Assembly (NCBI GenBank): GCA_051270205.1
Contig: JBNMMV010000001.1
Coordinates: 1 to 57,240 of the forward strand
Direction of reading: 5' to 3'
DNA: 57,240 bases
Source of the DNA: Limisphaerales bacterium
GTDB lineage: Bacteria; Pseudomonadota; Gammaproteobacteria; Pseudomonadales; Azotimanducaceae
The stretch's first letter is position 1; the number at the start of each line of letters is the position of its first letter. This document shows positions 40,731 through 49,795 of this stretch, in pieces. The translations under genes and the position numbers were made by a program. The notes under the pieces are model-generated. The model saw nothing but the letters and a program-made list of their open reading frames with translations. It had not been told where the DNA came from and searched no databases.

Positions 40731-40780
40731 CGCCTCAGTTGTTAAACTGGTTAGCACAACACTTTTAAGGAACAAACATT

Positions 40781-40939
40781 ATGGGGTTCTTATCTTTTGC
40801 CTTGATGCTGGCTATCGCCTATCTGCTGTGGCGCATCAGCGATCAAATACCCGACATACTCTATCGCTTAAGCGAAATGCAACGGGATATCGCCGAAATT
40901 CGCCGCCAGGGTGAACCCGCCGAAAGTAGTGATGAATAA
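40781..40939 (+). CDS. 52 aa single-TM small protein (below the ORF-track cutoff)
   Basis: MGFLSFALMLAIAYLLWRISDQIPDILYRLSEMQRDIAEIRRQGEPAESSDE*, AAGGA upstream, fills the gap between co-oriented genes. Confidence 0.75.
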   Translation: MGFLSFALMLAIAYLLWRISDQIPDILYRLSEMQRDIAEIRRQGEPAESSDE

Positions 40940-40954
40940 AGCAACACGCTCTTA

Positions 40955-41734
40955 ATGAACTGGCGCATCTGGCTCGGATTAGGTTTCACCGGGCTCTGGA
41001 TACTGCTGGGAATTATCTATATTTCCGCCAACATTGGATGGATTGGTTTCGTAACCCAACCACCCGAACAGTTAGGTAATTTTCTAGAAGGCGCATTCGC
41101 GCCTTTGGCGTTTCTTTGGTTGGTGATTGGTTATTTTTTACAGCAGAAAGAGCTAGGCCAAAATACCGATGCGCTGCGAGCCCAAGCGGTAGAAATCCAA
41201 AAAACCGCTGAACAAGCCGTCATTCAGTCAAAAAACACCACGGCCAGCGAAATACATCAGCGGCAAGAAGCCTTTTTGAAAGTTGCAGATTCGGTACGTG
41301 CACAATTAGGCTCACTGGCCGGGCTGCTCTACATGTCGAGTCAAGGAGGAGACTCAGGTGCCTCAGGTGCCTCGGGGAACCCAATAACGGGAAACACCCA
41401 GCTCGCCGGCCTTTTCGCGGCTCAAGGTTCGGGTTACGATTTAGAAGCATTTTCGCGAAGATTGTTAGAACTTCACATTATGATGAACGACCCCCAAGAG
41501 CAGTTCGACCTGTTCTATGGGACCGAAGTGCGCGCCCGTCATACCAACAATTTTATCTTCACCTTCGAGAGAATGATGAAGCGTGCAGCCAGCGTCGACG
41601 TAGAAAATCTCATTGTTGATGCGCTATCGGCAAGTGGTCACGGCTTTCTCTACCGAATTCTGAAGCGGCACCAGGCGAACGCACCAGAAGAGTGGGCAAA
41701 CCACGAAAAAACCGGAACCCACATAAACTTTTAA
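40955..41734 (+). CDS. Hypothetical membrane protein: two TMs, coiled coil, soluble C-terminal domain
   Basis: LGNFLEGAFAPLAFLWLVIGYFLQQKEL followed by a heptad region. Confidence 0.8.
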   Translation: MNWRIWLGLGFTGLWILLGIIYISANIGWIGFVTQPPEQLGNFLEGAFAPLAFLWLVIGYFLQQKELGQNTDALRAQAVEIQKTAEQAVIQSKNTTASEIHQRQEAFLKVADSVRAQLGSLAGLLYMSSQGGDSGASGASGNPITGNTQLAGLFAAQGSGYDLEAFSRRLLELHIMMNDPQEQFDLFYGTEVRARHTNNFIFTFERMMKRAASVDVENLIVDALSASGHGFLYRILKRHQANAPEEWANHEKTGTHINF

Positions 41735-41735
41735 C

Positions 41736-42305
41736 ATGAACGCGCTCACTCAATTCCACACCGACCGTGATCGCGCACGATCAGCAAAAGATGCTATGGC
41801 AAACGTTTGCACTGTTGCCAACGTCGACAAAAATGGAAGCGCGCAACTTCGAACCCTAGTACTACGTGACGTCGAAGGCCAACTGGCTATTTTCATCAAC
41901 GCCACTTCGCCAAAGTGGCCTCATTTACAGTCCACCGTCAGCTTGCTGTGTTACTGGCCAAGTATTTCAATTCAATATCGCATAATGGCAACGGTGTCAG
42001 CAGTACCTGAAGCAATTGTTCAGGACAGCTGGCAACTGCGGCCACCGGTGCCCAAGCAAATGGACTGGCTCTACGAGACATGGCTGAGCCAGAGTTCGGA
42101 AATTCCTGATCGAGACACGCTACTTAAAAAATTAGCTGAGCAAGCGCTTCCTGCGCCACTCACTGCATCCGACAACGCACGAGGTCTACTGCTTGCCCCA
42201 CAAACCATAGAACGCCTAGATTTAGGTCATGGAAACGGTGTCCACGATCGCACTCTAGCAACACTCACAGCTACCGGTTGGACGTCCATTACCCTAGTTC
42301 CCTAA
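41736..42305 (+). CDS. Pyridoxamine 5'-phosphate oxidase-like FMN-binding protein
   Basis: VANVD..G....RTLVLR, SPKW, YWP....QYRI, QSS, IERLDL, HDR. Confidence 0.8.
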   Translation: MNALTQFHTDRDRARSAKDAMANVCTVANVDKNGSAQLRTLVLRDVEGQLAIFINATSPKWPHLQSTVSLLCYWPSISIQYRIMATVSAVPEAIVQDSWQLRPPVPKQMDWLYETWLSQSSEIPDRDTLLKKLAEQALPAPLTASDNARGLLLAPQTIERLDLGHGNGVHDRTLATLTATGWTSITLVP

Positions 42306-42356
42306 AAGGGCTCCTTAAAAGAGCTCCCTAAAAAGAGCTCCATAGAAAAGAGTTCA
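42303..42356. repeat. 4 x 13-14 bp degenerate tandem repeat starting at the stop codon
   Basis: TAAAAGGGCTCCT TAAAAGAGCTCCC TAAAAAGAGCTCCA TAGAAAAGAGTTCA. Confidence 0.85.
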
Positions 42357-42377
42357 AAAAAATCCGCAAGAAGAGGA

Positions 42378-43307
42378 TCACTCAACGTCGGCGGTGACAA
42401 TGCCCCGAAGATTGGCAAAACAAGTCTGTTTCGCCACCTGCACAAAAGCCTCCATAAAGGCGGCTTGCCGTTGGTCACTGCGCACCGCGGCGTACAAGGT
42501 TGGCCACACACCTTCTTCACCTAAGGACTTAACTGCAAGATAATCCTTCTGTAAATATTCAAACAGCGCCCAGTTAGGTAAACAGGCGACACCTCGACCG
42601 CTGGCAACCAATTGTACGATCATGGTGGTTAATTCAGCATGCCGCACTCGCTTTGGCTCAACTTGAGCAGGCTCCAAAAAACTAGTGAACACATCGAGTC
42701 GCGAACGATCCACTGGATAGCTGATCAGCACTTCGGAGGAGAGGTCAACAGGCTCGACCCATTCCTTAGCCATCAACTCATGATCTTTGGCAATGGCCAA
42801 CTGCGCTTCGTATGAAAACAAAGGAAAGTAATCAATGCCTGGCTCATTGGTTGGATCCGCCGTGATCACCAAATCAAGATCTCCACGACTCAACGCTGGA
42901 AGTGGCGCAAAATGGAAACCACTGGAGATATCCAGCTCAACATCAGGCCAGTGATCCCGATATTCATCAATGGCCGGCAGCAACCACTCAAAACAACTGT
43001 GACATTCAATGGCCATAAAAATTCGTCCGGACTCACCGCCCACCAGTCGTTGCAGGTCAATTTCAGTGGTGTGCACTAAGGGCAGCACCTCATCGGCTAA
43101 GCGCAGCAATCGATTACCAGCACTGGTGAAACGGACCGGGCGAGTTTTACGCATAAACAATGGCGCCCCGATTCTCGTTTCAAGTTCTTTTAACTGGTGC
43201 GACAACGCGGATTGGGTAAGAAAAACGCGATCGGCCGCTTCCACTAGACTGCCCGTATCACGCAGTGCAACAAGCGTTCTGAGGTGTCTGAGCTCTACTT
43301 GTGACAT
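42378..43307 (-). CDS. metR: LysR-family regulator MetR
   Basis: ELRHLRTL, LTQSALSHQ, RKTRPVRFT, AIECHSCFEWL, YPV...RLDVF, LVASGRGV..LPNW. Confidence 0.9.
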   Translation of the reverse strand: MSQVELRHLRTLVALRDTGSLVEAADRVFLTQSALSHQLKELETRIGAPLFMRKTRPVRFTSAGNRLLRLADEVLPLVHTTEIDLQRLVGGESGRIFMAIECHSCFEWLLPAIDEYRDHWPDVELDISSGFHFAPLPALSRGDLDLVITADPTNEPGIDYFPLFSYEAQLAIAKDHELMAKEWVEPVDLSSEVLISYPVDRSRLDVFTSFLEPAQVEPKRVRHAELTTMIVQLVASGRGVACLPNWALFEYLQKDYLAVKSLGEEGVWPTLYAAVRSDQRQAAFMEAFVQVAKQTCFANLRGIVTADVE

Positions 43308-43350
43308 GAATCTCACTCACTAAGATAAACGGATGCATGCATAGTATTCA
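43307..43350. promoter_or_regulatory. Two MetR-box-like sites
   Basis: TGAATCTCACTCA (43307-43319) and TGCATAGTATTCA (43338-43350) compared with TGAA-N5-TTCA; one mismatch each. Confidence 0.55.
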
Positions 43351-43434
43351 TTCAAGAAATTTGCTGCCACCTCTTCTGAAAAACTGAGTACCAGTGCACG
43401 ATGGCAAACTGGACCGACGTTTTATACTGATGAC

Positions 43435-44319
43435 ATGTTTAACCCCAATCGCACCATTATCTTGGCATTTACTCAGCACATGCTGAACGAATTTCTGCGC
43501 GCATTTCCCGACGCAGAACCTGCCCAAGAACGCGCTTTGGAAACTGCCACGCAAACCGCGCTGGAAACACTGCTCAACTGCGACTGCCCTTATCACGACC
43601 TGGAACACACCATGTTGGTCGTAGACGTAGCCCAAGCAATTCTTGCTGGACGCCAATTGGCGCGCGGCGATTTAACAGCACACCAGTGGTTACAGGCTGT
43701 CATTGCTTCCTTGTTTCACGATATCGGCTACTTGAAAATACTCCTGCGGGACGACAATGAAGAAAGCTCCATTGCTACCGCGGACGGCACACGGGTGATA
43801 CCCCCCAATGGTTCATCTGATGCGTTCATGACGCCTTATCATGTAAACCGCGGAGAACTGTTCGTGCGTGAACGATTCGCCAACAATGCTGCTGTGGACG
43901 TTGATTTGGTGGGCCAATGCATAGAAATGACCCGCTTTCCGGTTCCCCGTGGAGGTGGTTACGAAGCAACTGACGACTTACCTGGCTTGGTGCGTGCGGC
44001 CGATCTAATTGGGCAAATGGCAGACCCTCAGTACTTACAGAAGCTATCGCGCTTGTTTGCCGAATTTACAGAAACCGGTGAAGCAGACCGCCTAGGCTTT
44101 AAGAACGTGGGCGAACTGCGCTCGGGGTTTCCGGAATTCTTCTACAGCCAGGTGCATCCCTACATCGGCGAAGGTATCGCCTACTTAAAACGCACCCAGG
44201 AAGGTCAGCAGTGGGTCGCTAACCTCTATCACCACCTGCACGTGAACAACAGCCATCAGGAATTCGATCCCAAAGTACGAGCCCCAGAGCTTGTCGTCGA
44301 TAACACGCCTCTGAACTAG
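43435..44319 (+). CDS. HD-domain metal-dependent phosphohydrolase
   Basis: PYHDLEHT, FHDIGY, YHVNRG, AADLIGQ. Confidence 0.85.
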   Translation: MFNPNRTIILAFTQHMLNEFLRAFPDAEPAQERALETATQTALETLLNCDCPYHDLEHTMLVVDVAQAILAGRQLARGDLTAHQWLQAVIASLFHDIGYLKILLRDDNEESSIATADGTRVIPPNGSSDAFMTPYHVNRGELFVRERFANNAAVDVDLVGQCIEMTRFPVPRGGGYEATDDLPGLVRAADLIGQMADPQYLQKLSRLFAEFTETGEADRLGFKNVGELRSGFPEFFYSQVHPYIGEGIAYLKRTQEGQQWVANLYHHLHVNNSHQEFDPKVRAPELVVDNTPLN

Positions 44320-44322
44320 CCA

Positions 44323-44523
44323 CTAGTAGCTAGACCCCAAGCCAAAAAAGATCAACACAAAGCTGATAGGCAACGTGCCAACAAGAAACACGAGAAAATT
44401 CAGCAAGCTGTTTTTTTCTTCGTCCAAATCCAGTTCGAAACGATCACCGAGCAAAAACCACAAACCGCCCCCCAGAAACAGAGAACTCAACAGCGTCAAA
44501 ATCAATACACCCATTTTTCGCAC
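44323..44523 (-). CDS. Small two-TM membrane protein
   Basis: Two hydrophobic segments joined by an acidic loop (GDRFELDLDEEKN); start could be 44514. Confidence 0.6.
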   Translation of the reverse strand: MRKMGVLILTLLSSLFLGGGLWFLLGDRFELDLDEEKNSLLNFLVFLVGTLPISFVLIFFGLGSSY

Positions 44524-44592
44524 CCAGCAGTTTCAGAGGTTTCTACTACACTCAGTTCAAGATCTCGCTAATCATCTTAACGGGAATAGAGC

Positions 44593-45020
44593 ATGACAAC
44601 ACCATCACACCGACAACTGGTCGTACACGCAGAAATTAAAAACAACAAAGGCCAAGTGAGCCAGCGCTTTGTCGACTACCCAGTCTTCAAGCTATGGCAG
44701 CGCCTAATGATTCACCAACAGGGTTTTTCGGTGGTATCCGAAAACCCTGTGTTTGGATTCCAGCAGAGGAGAGTCGGCGCAACGGCCAGCTTTTCGCTCA
44801 CACCCGATTCCAACAAAATGTCAGCCACCTTTCTTTCGAATGCTACAACCAAGCACTTGGCATTACCGAAACAAAACTAAGGTTTATGGCCCACCACGAC
44901 CTTCAAGCTCATGCAGACCTGGTGCTGCAATACCTAAGTGATGCACATTGCGACACCACCAAGAGACGGTGCTTACAAAGCACCAAGCTGCAGCATGCCC
45001 CGAGGCTTCACGTCGGTTAG
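44593..45020 (+). pseudogene. Frameshifted hypothetical gene (ORFs 44593 and 44694 joined near 44741)
   Basis: ORF1 reads protein-like to GFSVVSE, ORF2 from KPCVWIP; one extra A in GAAAACCC would fuse them. Confidence 0.5.
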
Positions 45021-45845
45021 ATCGGCAATACGCTGGTAGTTTGCGGCTACATCGTCGGCATCGGCATCCAAACCAAGATCAACACCTTGGTTTTCAACGA
45101 TACAGGCCATAGAAAAGGTACCGCCTTGTGCCTGAATAATGACGCCGTTAGGTGCATCTTGGCTGACCAGGAATATTGCAGCTGGGGTGACCAGTTCTGG
45201 TCCTAAGCTTTTTTGTGCTTCTTCTGGAATCAGGTCTTCTGTCATGCGTGTGGCTGCAACAGGCGCGATGGTGTTGGTGTGAATGTTGTTTTTCGCACCT
45301 TCAATCTTCAGCGTGTGCATAAGCCCAACCTGGGCGAGTTTTGCCGCCCCATAGTTGGCTTGACCAAAGTTGCCATACAAACCGGTCGGTGAGGTCGTCA
45401 TTAAAATTCGGCCATAATTTTGTTCTCGCATAATCGGCCAAACGGCATGCGCACAATACGCTGCACCCATAAGATGGACATCCATGACAATCTCAAAGTC
45501 ATCTAGTGTCATCTTAGAAAACGACTTATCTCGCAGAATTCCGGCGTTGTTGATTAGTACATCCACCCGTCCCCAGGCGTTCATAGCATCCTCAACCATG
45601 CTTTTAGCACCTGCCCGATCAGACACTGAGCCACCGTTAGCAAGGGCTTCTCCACCCGCCGCCTTAATTTCTGCGACCACAGCTTCAGCAGCCTCAGATG
45701 AGCCACCAGTGCCATCCATCGCGCCACCTAGATCATTAACTACGACTTTGGCACCACGCTTAGCTAGGTCCAATGCATGACAACGACCCAAGCCGCCACC
45801 GGCACCCGTTACAATGGCCACCTGGCCTTCAAATGAAATCGTCAA
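44973..45845 (-). CDS. SDR oxidoreductase, MFE-2 (3R)-hydroxyacyl-CoA dehydrogenase-like
   Basis: TGAGGGLG, VVVNDLGG, NNAGILRD, GNFGQANYGAAK. Confidence 0.92.
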   Translation of the reverse strand: MTISFEGQVAIVTGAGGGLGRCHALDLAKRGAKVVVNDLGGAMDGTGGSSEAAEAVVAEIKAAGGEALANGGSVSDRAGAKSMVEDAMNAWGRVDVLINNAGILRDKSFSKMTLDDFEIVMDVHLMGAAYCAHAVWPIMREQNYGRILMTTSPTGLYGNFGQANYGAAKLAQVGLMHTLKIEGAKNNIHTNTIAPVAATRMTEDLIPEEAQKSLGPELVTPAAIFLVSQDAPNGVIIQAQGGTFSMACIVENQGVDLGLDADADDVAANYQRIADLTDVKPRGMLQLGAL

Positions 45846-45863
45846 ATTCTTCTCCGTTTTTAA

Positions 45864-47417
45864 TTAAGGGCGCATGCCGAAATGGACTGGGCCAACAAGT
45901 TCATCCAACTGCGGCTGGATCCAATCGATCCATTCACACAACATCGGTCGCGTTTCTCTTGGATCTATCAATTCATGAACTGCGAAAGATTCAGCACGAG
46001 GAAATGGCGAACGATTATCCCTTAGCTTTTCCTCAAGTTCTTTTCGTTTCGCTTCAGGGTCGGCTGCCGCCGCAATCTCACGGCGGAAGGCAACAGCAAC
46101 ACCACCTTCCAACGGCAAAGCGCCAGATTCCACCGATGGCCAGGCGAGCACATAGTTGCCTGGGGCGTAATGTGCTGCAGTGGCGACGCCAAAGCCTTTA
46201 TGCACTTGAATGACCGCCCAAGGGATTGTCGATTGCGCGGCTGCGGCTACAGCCGCCATGCCAAACCGAATGGTGCCCGCCTGCTCGGATTCAGGACCAA
46301 TCATAAATCCAGGTTGGTCAACGAAATTTATTATCGGCACGTGGAAGGTGTCGCACATCTCGACAAACTTTCGGTACTTTTGCGCGGCAGCAGCAGTCAT
46401 AGCTCCGGCGTAGAAGTAACAATCGTTCGCCAACACACCTACAGGTTGCCCGTCCAAACGAGCCAACCCACAAATCTGGCTAGGACCGAAGTCACGGCCC
46501 ATCTCAAAAAAGCTCTCGCGATCAACCACCATCTCAACGATGGCGCGCATATCAAAACCAGCATTACTCTCGCGAGGCACCGCTGTGAGCAAGTCCTGCT
46601 CCATACGATCTATCGGATCATCATTGGCATAGCGCGGCGTGCGCGTCCACACACTGCTGGGCAGGTACCCTAGAAACTGGCGTATTTGTCGGAAAGCATC
46701 GTGTTCATCTTCAGCCAGGTTGTCGACTATGCCACTCTTAGCATGAATCTGAGCACCACCCAGCTCGTCTTTGGTCATTTTCACGCCGAGGGCACGCTCG
46801 ACCAATGCCGGTCCACCAATCAATACTTGAGCTGTATGCTTGGTCATCACCGAAAAATGAGAGGCAACCAGGCGACCGGCAGGGAATCCTGCAACTGCGC
46901 CCATGGCTCCGCTGGCAATTGGGACCTGGGACATCGCATCGGCAATGATCTTAAATCTGGGTTCGGTGAATACCGGTTCACCGACCGTGCCGCCTTTTTT
47001 GGCACCCCCAGCGACACTACCACCACCGCCTTCTAGCATCCGTACTAGCGGCACCTTGTATTGCACCGCCAAGTGCTCAGCGTAGACACTCTTGCGTAAT
47101 CCAGCGGCGTTAGGGGAGCCACCCTTCAGGGTGAAGTCTTCACCGCCGATCACAACACGCCGTGATTCGACTTTGCCAAAGCCAACGATGTAGTTGGCAG
47201 GTGCGTACTCAGTAATCTCTTCATTGTCGTCATAGACTGGACTGGCCGTGGCACGACCGTGTTCTCGAAAGCTGCCATCGTCCAGTAAGGCTTCGATGCG
47301 CTCCCGAATCGTTAAGCGCCCTCTGCTATGTTGCTTGGCAATACTCTCTTTGCCACCCTGTTGCTTGGCTAGATGCCTACGACGTTCAAGTTCCTTTACC
47401 TCAGCTTCCCAACTCAT
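45864..47417 (-). CDS. Acyl-CoA carboxylase carboxyltransferase subunit
   Basis: GRLTIRERI, DFTLKGGS, ELGG..IH..SG, GLARLDG.PVG, VDQPGFMIG..SE, IDPRETR. Confidence 0.92.
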   Translation of the reverse strand: MSWEAEVKELERRRHLAKQQGGKESIAKQHSRGRLTIRERIEALLDDGSFREHGRATASPVYDDNEEITEYAPANYIVGFGKVESRRVVIGGEDFTLKGGSPNAAGLRKSVYAEHLAVQYKVPLVRMLEGGGGSVAGGAKKGGTVGEPVFTEPRFKIIADAMSQVPIASGAMGAVAGFPAGRLVASHFSVMTKHTAQVLIGGPALVERALGVKMTKDELGGAQIHAKSGIVDNLAEDEHDAFRQIRQFLGYLPSSVWTRTPRYANDDPIDRMEQDLLTAVPRESNAGFDMRAIVEMVVDRESFFEMGRDFGPSQICGLARLDGQPVGVLANDCYFYAGAMTAAAAQKYRKFVEMCDTFHVPIINFVDQPGFMIGPESEQAGTIRFGMAAVAAAAQSTIPWAVIQVHKGFGVATAAHYAPGNYVLAWPSVESGALPLEGGVAVAFRREIAAAADPEAKRKELEEKLRDNRSPFPRAESFAVHELIDPRETRPMLCEWIDWIQPQLDELVGPVHFGMRP

Positions 47418-47422
47418 AGCGG

Positions 47423-48226
47423 CTAGTCTTTAAAGTTAGGTAAACGTTTTTCGAAATTTGCGCGCACAGCTTCCATTTGGTTGGCGCTACCTATCAGCTC
47501 GGTTTGTAAACTACTCTCCAGCTCGAGGCCGGTGCGTTCATCCGCATGCCAAACAGTCTCTAGTAGTTGTTTGCTCGCCCGAATTGCATCCGGCGACTTG
47601 CCCGCGATCTCTGCAGCGAGCTCAAGTGCCGCCGCGAGCGGGTCTTCGGCTACCTTGGTGACCAATCCCAACGCTTGCGCTTGTTCTCCATTGAGTACCC
47701 GTCCTGTAAATGTGAGTTCTTTAGCCACATCCAATGGCACGATATCGCGCAACGTCTGCGAGATACTCATGTCAGGAATTAAACCCCACTTAATTTCCAT
47801 GATGGACATTTTCATGTCTGGCGCCGCGATTCGTATATCGGCACCTAACGCGATTTGCGCACCACCACCATAGGCGACGCCATGCAAAGCCGCAATAACT
47901 GGGACCTGCAACCGCTTCCAAACCATCGCTGGCCGTTGTGCGAAATTTTCAGGCCGGGAGTCGCGCTGCAGTAACGTGCCGCCGCTATCTCCACCGCCGC
48001 CTTCACCCAAGCCACCCATGGTCGCCATATCTAAACCAGCACAAAAACCAGGGCCATTACCAGAGAGTACAACTGCCCTCACTTCTTTCGCCTCATTCAG
48101 TTTCTCACCCGCCGCTATGATTTCGCGGAACATTTCAGGGCTTAGCGCATTGTATTTTTCCGGCCGATTGAGACGCACATCGGCAACGCCATTGGATATT
48201 TCTATGGTTACTAGTTTGTCACTCAT
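47423..48226 (-). CDS. Crotonase/enoyl-CoA hydratase family protein
   Basis: LNRPEKYNAL, FCAGLD, YGGGAQIAL (first catalytic Glu replaced by Gln), MEIKWGLIPD. Confidence 0.92.
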   Translation of the reverse strand: MSDKLVTIEISNGVADVRLNRPEKYNALSPEMFREIIAAGEKLNEAKEVRAVVLSGNGPGFCAGLDMATMGGLGEGGGGDSGGTLLQRDSRPENFAQRPAMVWKRLQVPVIAALHGVAYGGGAQIALGADIRIAAPDMKMSIMEIKWGLIPDMSISQTLRDIVPLDVAKELTFTGRVLNGEQAQALGLVTKVAEDPLAAALELAAEIAGKSPDAIRASKQLLETVWHADERTGLELESSLQTELIGSANQMEAVRANFEKRLPNFKD

Positions 48227-48271
48227 GATCTGGTCTCCCTCTCAAGGCGCGAAATGCTATCACAACGTTGT

Positions 48272-48718
48272 TCAGTGCTCGACAACCGCGGCTGTCATTC
48301 GTCCATTACACACCAACCGCTCCTGTTCATCATATAGGTTCAATCCCCATACCATAGACCTTCTGCCGACATGGATTGCTTCGGCCCTGCCACGAACGAA
48401 GCCTTCTCGAACAGCACGTAGATGATTGCAATTTATCGCCAATCCCACACACAGTTGGGTCGCCTGATCAATGCAGTGATTACCCGCTGCACTTGCGAGT
48501 GTTTCTAACAACAGCACTGATGCACCACCATGGAGCAATCCGAAAGGTTGCAAAGTACGGTGGTCGACGGGCATTCGGCCTTCCAGATAGTCAGGCCCAA
48601 CAGCCATTATCTCAATACCTAACCGGTCTACGGCGGTATTTTCATGAAGCGCATTCAAGACCTCAATCTCTGGGCGATTGCGCCATATTTCTTTCGGATC
48701 CAATGTTTCCCTCCGCAA
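48272..48718 (-). CDS. Hotdog-fold thioesterase (PaaI/MenI/EntH-like)
   Basis: MPVDHRTLQPFGLLHGGAS..L.ETLAS, INCNHLRAV. Confidence 0.92.
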   Translation of the reverse strand: MRRETLDPKEIWRNRPEIEVLNALHENTAVDRLGIEIMAVGPDYLEGRMPVDHRTLQPFGLLHGGASVLLLETLASAAGNHCIDQATQLCVGLAINCNHLRAVREGFVRGRAEAIHVGRRSMVWGLNLYDEQERLVCNGRMTAAVVEH

Positions 48719-48819
48719 TTACTCCAAATTGTAAAACCCCTGCAAAAACCTCTCCGCGATCCCCATTTCGCGCTCAGATTTCGCTACCGTTAGGGATGTC
48801 AAAAGCCTATCGACGATTT

Positions 48820-49113
48820 ATGAATATTGTCACTTTACTTCAACAGCATCCTCTACTCTGTGCGGATCTAAAAAACCTGGGGCTGAGTCGGCGACATATG
48901 CACAATGCAGCAATCGAAATTTCCCAACAATTGGGAGGCAACCAGGAATTCAATCTTTGCTATGTGTTAGCAGCACTAAATAGCCGCGAATTCGTTCGCA
49001 CGATTGACGCCGCGCCTATCGCCACCAGCCTCGATATCAGTGCCGCCTTAGCGCAGTCAATTGTGCTGATGATCGCCCCTTGGGTTGAGCGCTTTCAACT
49101 GAAGGCAGTGTAA
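48820..49113 (+). CDS. Hypothetical helical protein of about 97 aa
   Basis: 3' part of ORF 48376..49113; plausible starts ATG 48796 or 48820; ends 10 nt before the regulator. Confidence 0.5.
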   Translation: MNIVTLLQQHPLLCADLKNLGLSRRHMHNAAIEISQQLGGNQEFNLCYVLAALNSREFVRTIDAAPIATSLDISAALAQSIVLMIAPWVERFQLKAV

Positions 49114-49123
49114 GGTATCCACC

Positions 49124-49795
49124 ATGAAAATATGGCTCCTTGAAGATGACCCTGCACAAGCGCAAATTCTGATCGACTGGTTAGATCGCGAGCAGCATGA
49201 GGTACGACACTTCGACCGCGGACAGAAACTCATCGACACCTTACACGAGGCTGATTTCGACCTTGTAATTCTGGACTGGGAACTTCCCGACATCAACGGC
49301 CCACAAGTTCTCACCGCAATTCGCGATCAAATCTCGTGGCACGTGCCCGTTCTGTTTGTAACCCAGCGAGAAACTGAAACCGACATAGTCAGCGCTTTGT
49401 CCCAAGGTGCCGATGACTATATGGTCAAGCAGATATCCCAGGGAGAGTTCATTGCGCGCATCAACGCTTTAGGCCGACGCCTAGCCACTGAGGAGCTAGA
49501 ATTCTCCATTGGTCCCTACCGATTTCTCCCACAAAGCCAGAGCGTGGAATTGGATGGTGTCGCCTGTGACCTGACCGCCAAAGATTTCGAGCTCGCTTGG
49601 TATTTATTTCGACACGTAGGTCGTTTACTGTCGAGAGACCAATTATTAAAGGATGTCTGGGGCGTATCGGGATTGAATACCCGTACCGTTGACGTTCACG
49701 TCAGCAGAGTCCGAAAGCGCCTGCAGATTTCTCCAGAAAGGGGCTATCGCATTCGGACGATTTACCAACACGGCTATCGCCTCGAAGCACTATGA
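49124..49795 (+). CDS. OmpR/PhoB-family response regulator
   Basis: LLEDD, ILDWELP, GADDYMVK, winged helix LTAKDFEL...TRTVDVHVSRVRKRL...GYRL. Confidence 0.95.
   Translation: MKIWLLEDDPAQAQILIDWLDREQHEVRHFDRGQKLIDTLHEADFDLVILDWELPDINGPQVLTAIRDQISWHVPVLFVTQRETETDIVSALSQGADDYMVKQISQGEFIARINALGRRLATEELEFSIGPYRFLPQSQSVELDGVACDLTAKDFELAWYLFRHVGRLLSRDQLLKDVWGVSGLNTRTVDVHVSRVRKRLQISPERGYRIRTIYQHGYRLEAL

Noticed and set aside
41353-41376. In-frame 9 bp duplication TCAGGTGCC (Ser-Gly-Ala) in the membrane protein
   Set aside because: Ordinary low-complexity linker expansion
48376-48795. N-terminal part of the 245 aa ORF 48376..49113
   Set aside because: Overlaps the thioesterase on the opposite strand; only the last ~100 codons look like a gene
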